NCBI GenBank assembly: GCA_051439505.1
Contig: JBFRWI010000176.1
Span: forward strand, 1 to 30,674
Origin: Hormoscilla sp.
GTDB lineage: Bacteria > Cyanobacteriota > Cyanobacteriia > Cyanobacteriales > Desertifilaceae
DNA length: 30,674 bases
Direction of reading: 5' to 3'
How positions within the stretch are numbered: position 1 is the first letter of the stretch; each line of letters opens with the position of its first letter. The position numbers and the translations under genes are program-made. Below are positions 8,598 to 16,132 of this stretch, piece after piece. The notes under the pieces were generated by a model. That model was not told the DNA's origin. It ran no database searches and worked only from the letters and a program-made list of their open reading frames with translations.

Positions 8598-9005
8598 ATG
8601 AGGCAAATAATTTTGGGTTTCGATCCCGGACGCGATAAGTGCGGTATCGCTGTTATGGCCTCCGACTCCCAACAAGTATATTATCATCAAGTCGTCCCCG
8701 CTGCTGAGGCGATCGCCACCCTCCATCGCCTGCTTCACCAATATTCTGTCTCCTTACTGGTCATGGGCGATCGCACCACAGCTAAAGATTGGCAACAGCA
8801 GATTAATAGCAGTTTACCTCAACCTCCCCCGATCGTTACTGTCGATGAGCACTACAGCAGTCTGGAGGCACGCGATCGCTACTGGCAAATGTACCCTCCC
8901 AAGGGACTAACGCGCTTAATTCCCCAAGGAATGCGCCAACCGCCCCGTCCCGTAGATGATATTGTTGCTATTATTTTAATTGAAAGGTACATTGCTAATT
9001 GTTAA
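8598..9005 (+). CDS. yqgF: YqgF/RuvX-family RNase H-fold nuclease (pre-16S rRNA processing)
   Basis: ILGFDPGRDKCGIA, VDEHYSSLEAR, VDDIVAIILIE; ATG 8598 preferred over TTG 8520. Confidence 0.85.
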   Translation: MRQIILGFDPGRDKCGIAVMASDSQQVYYHQVVPAAEAIATLHRLLHQYSVSLLVMGDRTTAKDWQQQINSSLPQPPPIVTVDEHYSSLEARDRYWQMYPPKGLTRLIPQGMRQPPRPVDDIVAIILIERYIANC

Positions 9006-9073
9006 TTGCTAATTGCAGAGGATGAAGTGCGCGTAGCGAAGCATACTAATTGTTAATTGTTAATTATTAATTG
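8991..9073. repeat. Heptamer short tandem repeats (TAATTG[C/T]) interrupted by a small insert, between convergent genes
   Basis: ATTGCTAATTGTTAATTGCTAATTG ... TAATTGTTAATTGTTAATT with AGTGCGCGTAGCGAAGCATACT in between. Confidence 0.7.
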
Positions 9074-9095
9074 ACTATTTTCCATTTTCCCATTC

Positions 9096-9359
9096 TCAAA
9101 TTTGAGCGCGGATAGTGAAAGAATAATCTCCACCAGGTTCCAGTTGATAATCCTGCTGTTCTAAAAACCGACATAAAGGTTCTTGAATTAAAGCACGTCC
9201 CAAAGAAGGTTTAACGTACAATTCTCCCCGGCGAAAATTCCACTGAAACTCCCACTGATAGGACTCAGCTATCACTTCCCCTTCCATTTTGCCTTGCATC
9301 CAGGATTGTGATAATACCCGGACATAAGCAGTGGTTTCGGGTAAACTTCGAGAACTCAT
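9096..9359 (-). CDS. DUF3146-family conserved cyanobacterial protein
   Basis: LPETTAYVRV...WEFQW...PSLGRALIQEPL..FLEQ.DYQLEPGGDY; TAATG coupling to pth. Confidence 0.8.
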   Translation of the reverse strand: MSSRSLPETTAYVRVLSQSWMQGKMEGEVIAESYQWEFQWNFRRGELYVKPSLGRALIQEPLCRFLEQQDYQLEPGGDYSFTIRAQI

Positions 9360-9997
9360 TAATCTTCTGTACGTGTTAAATTGCGACTATTGTAGAGACT
9401 CATCGCCTTTTCGACACCTTGTCTGAGACTTAATTCCACCGCATCCACTGCTAATTGGATTACCTCAGACATTAACTCCGTTTCTCGGACAGAAAATTTC
9501 CCTAACACGTGAGCGATCGCATCTTTCTCACTGGTTGTGTCATCCTTGTGACTGCCGATGCCAATCCGCAAGCGGGGAAAATTTTGGCCGGACAGATGGG
9601 CGATCGCGCTTTTCATGCCATTATGGGAACCGGCGGAACCCGACAGGCGCAGACGCATCCTCCCCAAGGGCAGGTCCATATCATCATATATGACCAGGAC
9701 CGATTCCGGTGGCAGCTTATACCAATCTATCGTGGATCTGATGGCCTGTCCCGATCGATTCATATAGGTCTGGGGCTTCAGCAAGCGGATTTTGCCAACT
9801 GGGGCCAGAGTTGTTTCCCCGTACATCCCCTGAAACCGCTTCATCTCCGATAGGGAAATCTGCCAGATCCGCGCCAATGCGTCCACAACATCAAAACCGA
9901 CATTATGACGAGTGCGATCGTATTTGGCACCGGGATTCCCCAAACCGACGATCAATTGGGGAATCACTTTTGTTTGAGCACCGGTATCTTCTGCCAT
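9359..9997 (-). CDS. pth: Peptidyl-tRNA hydrolase
   Basis: LIVGLGNPG, TRHNVGF, KPQTYMNRSG, YDDMDLP, HNGMKS, RLRIGIG. Confidence 0.97.
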   Translation of the reverse strand: MAEDTGAQTKVIPQLIVGLGNPGAKYDRTRHNVGFDVVDALARIWQISLSEMKRFQGMYGETTLAPVGKIRLLKPQTYMNRSGQAIRSTIDWYKLPPESVLVIYDDMDLPLGRMRLRLSGSAGSHNGMKSAIAHLSGQNFPRLRIGIGSHKDDTTSEKDAIAHVLGKFSVRETELMSEVIQLAVDAVELSLRQGVEKAMSLYNSRNLTRTED

Positions 9998-10261
9998 TTA
10001 TCCTGGTTCGGAAGTCTTATCTGAGGCCGATGCTACCACTTCTTGGGGCTGAGACTCCGATAATGGCCGGCGTTCATCTGCCTCTAATTGCGCTGCTTCC
10101 CGCTTAAACTCGTTCTCGAACTCCTTGGAGGCATCCTGGAAGCCACGAACCGCTTTTCCCATGCTGCGACCGATTTCTGGTAACTTTTTCGGGCCAAATA
10201 TCAATAGGGCCACCACCATTATGACCATAATTTCCGGCAAACCCATGCCAAAAATGTTCAT
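9998..10261 (-). CDS. tatA: Twin-arginine translocase TatA/E subunit
   Basis: GMGLPE...ALLIFGPKKLPEIGRSMGKAVRGF. Confidence 0.95.
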   Translation of the reverse strand: MNIFGMGLPEIMVIMVVALLIFGPKKLPEIGRSMGKAVRGFQDASKEFENEFKREAAQLEADERRPLSESQPQEVVASASDKTSEPG

Positions 10262-10314
10262 CTGTACCTCCTGGGTGAGATTGTCATGCTTTCAGGATAA
10301 CCCGCCTGGTAAGC

Positions 10315-10346
10315 AATTCAAAATTCAAAATTCAAAATTCAAAATT
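10315..10346. repeat. Heptamer tandem repeat (AATTCAA)n
   Basis: AATTCAAAATTCAAAATTCAAAATTCAAAATT; reverse-complement copy at 18615-18647. Confidence 0.85.
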
Positions 10347-10431
10347 GTGAAAATCTTTGAGCGCACGGGTTTCAGCATTTGGATCCTAGCAATTTCAATG
10401 CGCGACAGCTTAGCGCCTGGCAAAAAGTTAT

Positions 10432-10461
10432 CTCGTTCCCAGACCGGTGTCTGAGAACGAG
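10432..10461. repeat. REP-like hairpin, family B (CTCGTTCCCAG...CTG[G/A]GAACG)
   Basis: Related to 28666-28693, 29587-29623 and 29712-29739; just downstream of psbH. Confidence 0.7.
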
Positions 10462-10493
10462 AGTCCAATGCTAAAGTACCGGCAACTAGCTGC

Positions 10494-10697
10494 TTACTTG
10501 CCCAAGCTGGACCAATCCACCGACAGTCCATCCAGGATCAGCGAGGAATTGTAGATTTGCAGGATAATCAGCAAAAACACGAAAAACAGCAGCATAAACA
10601 CGGCCATCACCGGGGTGGTGCCCCAACCGGGAGTCACCTTACCGTACTCGGAGTTCAGCGGCCTGAGGATATCTCCTAATCTGGTTTGTTGTGCCAT
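10494..10697 (-). CDS. psbH: Photosystem II protein PsbH
   Basis: [25 protein letters not shown]...[10 protein letters not shown]. Confidence 0.98.
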   Translation of the reverse strand: MAQQTRLGDILRPLNSEYGKVTPGWGTTPVMAVFMLLFFVFLLIILQIYNSSLILDGLSVDWSSLGK

Positions 10698-10776
10698 CCT
10701 ATAGTCCCTCTCAAATGAGATTGGTGTAACTTTTTGTAATATTATAGATTATAGAGTTTAATTTTTTATTAAGCGC

Positions 10777-10908
10777 ATGGAACCCGCAACTGTTGTGGCT
10801 ATTTCGATCGCCGTCGTTCTGATCGGCATCACGGCCTTCTCAATTTACACCTCCTTCGGGCCCCCCTCCAAGCAATTGAGCGACCCCTTCGAGGACCACG
10901 AAGACTAA
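10777..10908 (+). CDS. psbN: PsbN, 43 aa (below the ORF-track cutoff)
   Basis: Manual translation [43 protein letters not shown]; divergent from psbH as is canonical. Confidence 0.97.
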   Translation: MEPATVVAISIAVVLIGITAFSIYTSFGPPSKQLSDPFEDHED

Positions 10909-10914
10909 CTAACT

Positions 10915-11165
10915 GGTGAGGTGGGCAAAGTATTGTCCCATCCCGATCTGGCACGGTGTGGGGTTTCACCCCCCATCTTGTCTCTCACATTGTCCGTAGC
11001 ACTGGCGACTGACCACTGACTAGCCGGCGAGACGTCCGCCCTACGTAAGGTAACGCCGTGGGAGCGGGTGCATCTGGTATGCACGACTCTGAACTGATAT
11101 TGTCGCCCAAAAATGCACCGAGCCCCTACGGATATATTTGCGCGGCATGAGGATGCACTCGCCTC
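10915..11165. repeat. Cluster of REP-like hairpins between convergent psbN and the mannosidase gene
   Basis: GGTGTGGGGTTTCACCCCCATC, GGCGAGACGTCCGCCCTAC, GGTGCATCTGGTATGCAC, GCACCGAGCCCCTAC. Confidence 0.5.
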
Positions 11166-11173
11166 TTCCCTGG

Positions 11174-14100
11174 CTAGGGGCTGGCCTTTTTGACCGCCAA
11201 ACTGACTATTTTACTCTGCCCGATCGCCCTCTTCCCATCTGCTGCCTCTGTTAACTGCACGGGTCGTTCTAAAATATCCACAGGCTGAATAATTTCTAGA
11301 TCTAGATCGCTCGATAATAGCATATCTGCATCTTCCCCGTGACATTCATAACAGCGGATAATCCAGTGTCGGGGGTGATCTTCTGATTGTTTGAATGCCA
11401 TCAAGACTAGATTTTCTGCTTGTAAGTCCAAAAACTGGCCGACGGCGGGTAGATTTTTCTCATTAGCAGATTCAGTTGGGGGCAGCAGCATTATTTGTAG
11501 TGGTAGATTTAACTCATAACCTCGCCGTACTGTCCCTGCTGACTGCCAACTGCCAGCATGAGGATAAATGGCATAGGTAAATTCATGTTCTCCGAGATCG
11601 GCCTCTGGGTCAGGCCAGGTAGAACCCCGCAGCAATGTCAAGCGCAAGCAGTTGCTGCTAGCATCATAGCCATATTTGCAGTCATTTAACAAGCTTACCC
11701 CATAAGCATCATCTCCCAAATCAGCCCATCTGAGGGCAGGAACTTCCCATTTTGCTTTCTCTCTAGGAGTCTGGGGTTTGGTGGGGCGGCGAATGTGACC
11801 GCAGGGAATTTCATAGGTGGCATAGTCCGCTTCTAGGTTCAGGGGAAATGCTGCTTTTACTAATACGTGACGTTCTTGCCAGTCCACCTTCGTGGTAATC
11901 TTTAATAGGGGCGATCGGGCATCAAGGATATAGTCTTGCACGAACTCCGACTCACCCAGGTGGCGGACTACTCGCACTCGTTGTTGGACTTCTCCACTTG
12001 CAAGCCATACAATAGATTTTAGCGCAGTCCCGGGTAAAGGATGCTGGGCATAATTGGGGTCAATATTCCAAGCATCCCAATATTGACCGCGATCTTGGAA
12101 AGCTTGCAGTTGGTTGCCATTCCCCTTAAGTATTTCCCGTTCCTCGATCTTATCAAAGATGCTGCTTAAATCTCCCGTTTCCGGGTCAACTACCACCCGC
12201 AAGGCGGCATTTTCCAGAACAAAATCTGTCTCCACCCCCGCCCTAAAGGGTGGGGCTACAGGAACGAAGCCCGCCTGCGCGGGCTGGGGAACGAACCAAA
12301 ATATTCTATAACCTAGAGAGGGGATATCCTGGGCTGCAAATATTATTTTATCTCCTTGCATCAGCACCGGAATTTTGTTTCCTAATATATCGTAAATATT
12401 CCCATTATTTATATTTTTTGGTAAGGAAAACGCTACCAACTCCGACCTTGACCAATTCAAAGGATTAAAAATTATCATGGGTTGGGCATTTTTTTGTGGC
12501 GCTGGTGGCAGAGTGATTTGGGATGCGATCGCCCCCAAAGACTGCTGTAGGATCTCCTTTCCCACTGCCGTGACTTCTTGCCAAGCACGATCGGCATCCA
12601 CATATACCTGGGGAATAGAAGTTCCCGGTAAAATATCATGAAATTGGTTAAACAGCACCTTTTTCCAAGCAGATTCTAGTTCCTTTTGGGGATACTTTAC
12701 ATCAGCGACAATTGCTGCTATGGAAGCATAAAGTTCTGCTTGATATAATAACTCTTCACAGCGGCGATGATAAAGTTTTTGGTCGCCATGGGTAGTATAG
12801 CAGCCGCGATGAAATTCCAGATACAACTCATCATTCCAAACCGGTATTTGTTTCTTGAAGCCCGCGCAGGCGGGCTTTGTTTCTGTAGCCCCACTCTTTA
12901 GGGTGGGGGTTCCCAGAGAATGCAGATAGCGGTGTGCCGTGGTAAATTCCAGATCTGGAAAGAAAGGAGACTGCTGCCATCTTTGGGTAATTTCTAACAT
13001 ATCGCGAGTGGGACCGCCACCATGATCTCCCACACCCATCAACCAAAGGGCATCTGCTAGACCGGTTTTCGCAGTCAAATCAGTTGCATAGGAAGCCATT
13101 TTCACAGGATCGAAACCTGAGCCAATATTAGCAGACATCAGACTCAAGATTTGGCTGCCATCGGGTGCTTGCCACCAAAAGAGATCGTAAGGAAATGCCG
13201 TCGTGTCATTCCAGCGCAGCTTTTGGGTGACAAAATATTCAATACCCCCTTGCTTGAGAATTTGAGGCAACTGCCAACAGAAGCCAAAACTGTCTGGCAA
13301 CCATGCTACTTTATTGAAGATGCCAAATTTTTCTTCAAGGTAGCGCTGACTGTACAGAACTTGTCTAACAATAGATTCTCCATTAAGGATGTTCAATTCT
13401 GGTTCTACCCACATCCCGCCGACAATTTCCCACCGACCATTTCTCACTTGCTGTTGTATAGCAGCAAACAAGTCGGGGCGATCGGCTTCTATCCAACTGT
13501 AGAGGGCTGGGGTAGAATGGCAAAAGGTTAAATCGGGAAATTCTTGCTGTAACTTCAGTACAGAAGCAAAAGTGTTCTGGGCTACGGTCCAGGTCTCTTG
13601 CACCGGCCACAACCATGCTAGGTCTAGGTGAGCGTGACCTAATAAATTAATTTTACCCCGGTCTATGTCTGAGAACGTTCCTCGCATGTTTTCGCGTAAA
13701 CTAGAGAGCGATCGCCCAAACCTGCAAGCATCAGCAACCCCTAACCAATCAATTTCTGCCACTGCTGCGGCCAATATTGCTAATTTTTCGGGAGCAAAGG
13801 TTTTTAAGTATTGCTGCAACACGGCTATTTCATCGGCGACAAAACCCGGTTCTATGCCATTGGTAGCTTCATATAATAAGACCGATCGCACCAATGCCCC
13901 CTCGTCATGTCCGGGACTGACCAGGCGCAAGGCCACCGAAAGGCGATCGCCTGGGTTTACATTCCGACTCAACAGCACCCGAACAGAGGAATCAAACAAA
14001 TCGCCGCACTGTACCAGTTTACCATTCACAAAAATCTCGGCAGCTTCAGCCCACCAAGTCAGGGCCAAGCGCAGGGTTAACCCATCTAGGGGATATCCCT

Positions 14101-14326
14101 GTAGGTGGGAGGGAATTGTCAAATCTTGAGCCAGCCACAAAACTTGACTTCCCCCTGGCCATGGGATATGATTTTTCTCATTGAGACCCACCGTTGCCCA
14201 TTGTTCTGTGGCAGGTAAATCTCGATCGCCATCGCCCGATCGCCAATGGCTGATAATGCTAACTTGAGACAATTGGCGCAGCTTGTCAATAGCGGCGGTA
14301 ATTGCGGCGACGTTTTTATCTTTCAC
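11174..14326 (-). CDS. Alpha-mannosidase (glycoside hydrolase family 38)
   Basis: GHAHLDLAWLWP, GGMWVE, WLPDSFG (nucleophile Asp), GVGDHGGGP, ELYLEFHRGCYTT, NQFHDILPG, LLNDCKYGY. Confidence 0.95.
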   Translation of the reverse strand: MKDKNVAAITAAIDKLRQLSQVSIISHWRSGDGDRDLPATEQWATVGLNEKNHIPWPGGSQVLWLAQDLTIPSHLQGYPLDGLTLRLALTWWAEAAEIFVNGKLVQCGDLFDSSVRVLLSRNVNPGDRLSVALRLVSPGHDEGALVRSVLLYEATNGIEPGFVADEIAVLQQYLKTFAPEKLAILAAAVAEIDWLGVADACRFGRSLSSLRENMRGTFSDIDRGKINLLGHAHLDLAWLWPVQETWTVAQNTFASVLKLQQEFPDLTFCHSTPALYSWIEADRPDLFAAIQQQVRNGRWEIVGGMWVEPELNILNGESIVRQVLYSQRYLEEKFGIFNKVAWLPDSFGFCWQLPQILKQGGIEYFVTQKLRWNDTTAFPYDLFWWQAPDGSQILSLMSANIGSGFDPVKMASYATDLTAKTGLADALWLMGVGDHGGGPTRDMLEITQRWQQSPFFPDLEFTTAHRYLHSLGTPTLKSGATETKPACAGFKKQIPVWNDELYLEFHRGCYTTHGDQKLYHRRCEELLYQAELYASIAAIVADVKYPQKELESAWKKVLFNQFHDILPGTSIPQVYVDADRAWQEVTAVGKEILQQSLGAIASQITLPPAPQKNAQPMIIFNPLNWSRSELVAFSLPKNINNGNIYDILGNKIPVLMQGDKIIFAAQDIPSLGYRIFWFVPQPAQAGFVPVAPPFRAGVETDFVLENAALRVVVDPETGDLSSIFDKIEEREILKGNGNQLQAFQDRGQYWDAWNIDPNYAQHPLPGTALKSIVWLASGEVQQRVRVVRHLGESEFVQDYILDARSPLLKITTKVDWQERHVLVKAAFPLNLEADYATYEIPCGHIRRPTKPQTPREKAKWEVPALRWADLGDDAYGVSLLNDCKYGYDASSNCLRLTLLRGSTWPDPEADLGEHEFTYAIYPHAGSWQSAGTVRRGYELNLPLQIMLLPPTESANEKNLPAVGQFLDLQAENLVLMAFKQSEDHPRHWIIRCYECHGEDADMLLSSDLDLEIIQPVDILERPVQLTEAADGKRAIGQSKIVSLAVKKASP
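12234..12285. repeat. Family A repeat in frame within the alpha-mannosidase
   Basis: ACCCCCGCCCTAAAGGGTGGGGCTACAGGAACGAAGCCCGCCTGCGCGGGCT; read as PAQAGFVPVAPPFRAGV. Confidence 0.9.
12859..12910. repeat. Family A repeat (opposite orientation) in frame within the alpha-mannosidase
   Basis: Reverse complement matches 12234-12285 at 48/52 nt by manual count; read as TPTLKSGATETKPACAG. Confidence 0.9.
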
Positions 14327-14377
14327 GGGTCTAAGCTTCTCGTGGTTGTTGTGCTAACATAGCAGACAAGGTCTGGC

Positions 14378-14911
14378 CTAGTAATTAGCGATCGCTTGCC
14401 ATTCCAGGACCGCAGATGGTGGCAGGCGCAAAGTGATAGACTCATTGTCTATTAAAGGGATATGCAGCATCACCCGCCCAGGACTAGGCAACTTCAATAA
14501 AACATCACTCAGATCGTACTGACCGACATTAGGTGCGGGGGATTTTTCCGCGAACATATCTGGTGAGGTGAATTCTTTACCCTTCTTGGTAGTAATAAGC
14601 AAAGGTTGGGGATGGGCTATTTTAGCCAGACCGGGAAAACCCACTAACCGCAAACTGACGCTAGCGATCTGACCTGCTTTCACCCGTTTGAACAGAATTA
14701 CCTGCCAGGAATTACCGGCCCGATCGCGCCAACTATGCCGAGATTGATAAAGCATTTGTCCGGGGGCTTCTTCAATGGTGCGGATGGAGGCGATCGTCTC
14801 CCGTGGCATCAGCACATTAGCAGCAGCTTCTTGAGTTGTCAAACTGCCGAGACCTCCATACAGTAAGACGAGGCATAAACAAAGTAACAGCAGCCGCGAT
14901 AATATTCTCAT
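14378..14911 (-). CDS. DUF3122-family exported cyanobacterial protein
   Basis: Signal-peptide-like N-terminus; EEAPGQMLYQSRHSWRD...WQVILFKR...LRLVGFPG...HPQPL...PNVGQYD; AGAGGA upstream of ATG 14911. Confidence 0.8.
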   Translation of the reverse strand: MRILSRLLLLCLCLVLLYGGLGSLTTQEAAANVLMPRETIASIRTIEEAPGQMLYQSRHSWRDRAGNSWQVILFKRVKAGQIASVSLRLVGFPGLAKIAHPQPLLITTKKGKEFTSPDMFAEKSPAPNVGQYDLSDVLLKLPSPGRVMLHIPLIDNESITLRLPPSAVLEWQAIANY

Positions 14912-15249
14912 CGTCAAATCCTCTCATGACTCATTATTACTAGGGGCGTTGCCAGGGGTACAGGGAGTTTGGTAACCATTAATTATCTGAGGATAAATAT
15001 TGATGGGATACTGGTTTCAACCAGGGGGTAGCACCAGGTCTAGTGGCAAGCAACTCTATGGTACTATGTTAGGGTACAGGTCACGTAATCATGCGGGTTT
15101 AAGGCCGGAACATCTAGACCTGAGATCGGGCGGGTGAGTAACTGTCACTTCTCACGTCCAACTAGGCTTTGCCAAATGACAGCACTAGGTTTCGCTGCCA
15201 ATGCCGCCTGTCGGTTTCACTGACATTTTGTACCATTCTCAATTAGTCT

Positions 15250-15670
15250 CACGGCCCGCCGTGGGTTAAAGCCCTAAGGCTTTTAACTGTGGTTTTTCCC
15301 TCGTTCCTCTCCGGGGAAATCCTTATTTAGACAATGCTGTCCAGTGGGTTTTAACCCACTTAAGCCTCGTTACCTGGCTCCGCCTGGTAACGCCAGGGGT
15401 TTTAACCCCTGGCGGGCTGGCGGGCTAGCGGGCTGGCGGTAGCATTTGGGAAATACAGCCCTAGCATTTGGGAAATACAGCCCTACCCCTTCAGATAGCT
15501 ATAGCGCTTCCGGGATACCGATCGCCGGGAGACACGCCCCGGCGGACCATCGGAAAAGACTCCACACAATATATAATGATGAAGGACTCCAACCGGTTGC
15601 TACCGGATGTGGTCATGGGTCAGTCAATATGTCTCCTGGCCCGCCGTGGGTTTTAACCCACGGCGGGCCA
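15250..15670. repeat. Array of GGTTTTAACC-cored palindromes with tandem repeats
   Basis: GGCCCGCCGTGGGTTTTAACCCACGGCGGGCC (15638-15669); related arms near 15253, 15345 and 15394; 8-bp tandem GCGGGCT[G/A] (15412-15439); 22-bp tandem TAGCATTTGGGAAATACAGCCC x2 (15440-15483). Confidence 0.8.
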
Positions 15671-15962
15671 GGGGAGGCTTATCGAGATTGGTCTATACTT
15701 ATCACCCGCCATAATTAATTATGAATAAATCTAAGCCACAAAAATTACTGCAAGGGTTAGACATTTGCAAATCTCTGGTTGACTACAAGTATCAACCCAC
15801 TAATCTTACCTTTCAGGCGATCGAGCTTTTTTGCGAACATCTGCTACAGAGTTACGGCGTTTGACCGAAGAATATGGGGCTGCCGTTGGTGCAGCATATA
15901 ATGCTGTTTATGAATACGCAACCACTGCCGACAATGGTCGAGTAGGAACGAGGGGTAAATAT

Positions 15963-16018
15963 AGCCCGCGCAGGCGGGCGAAGGGATCTGTAGCCGGACC
16001 CTTTAGGGTTCGGGCGGC
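15963..16018. repeat. Family A repeat, intergenic copy
   Basis: AGCCCGCGCAGGCGGGC..TGTAGCCGGACCCTTTAGGGTTCGGGCGGC; reverse of the 4421-4490 copy. Confidence 0.8.
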
Positions 16019-16132
16019 AACGCAAAGGCTCCAGATGCACCCCGGGACAATTCCTACACGGTTAGGTAAAATTAAGCAAATGGCTGGGGTTCGCGGCCCG
16101 AACCCGCGAACCACTCTCAATCAATAACTATT

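Noticed and set aside
15035..15122. MITE bounded by CAGGTCTAG/CTAGACCTG
   Set aside because: Only a 9-bp inverted repeat and no target-site duplication, so not listed as a feature.
15250..15670. Possible CRISPR array
   Set aside because: Repeats vary in length and orientation, spacing is irregular, the 22-bp unit is tandem without a spacer, and no cas genes are present.
15446..16127. Several overlapping 62-98-aa ORFs
   Set aside because: They start in or run through repeats, mostly with non-ATG starts, and show no recognisable family.
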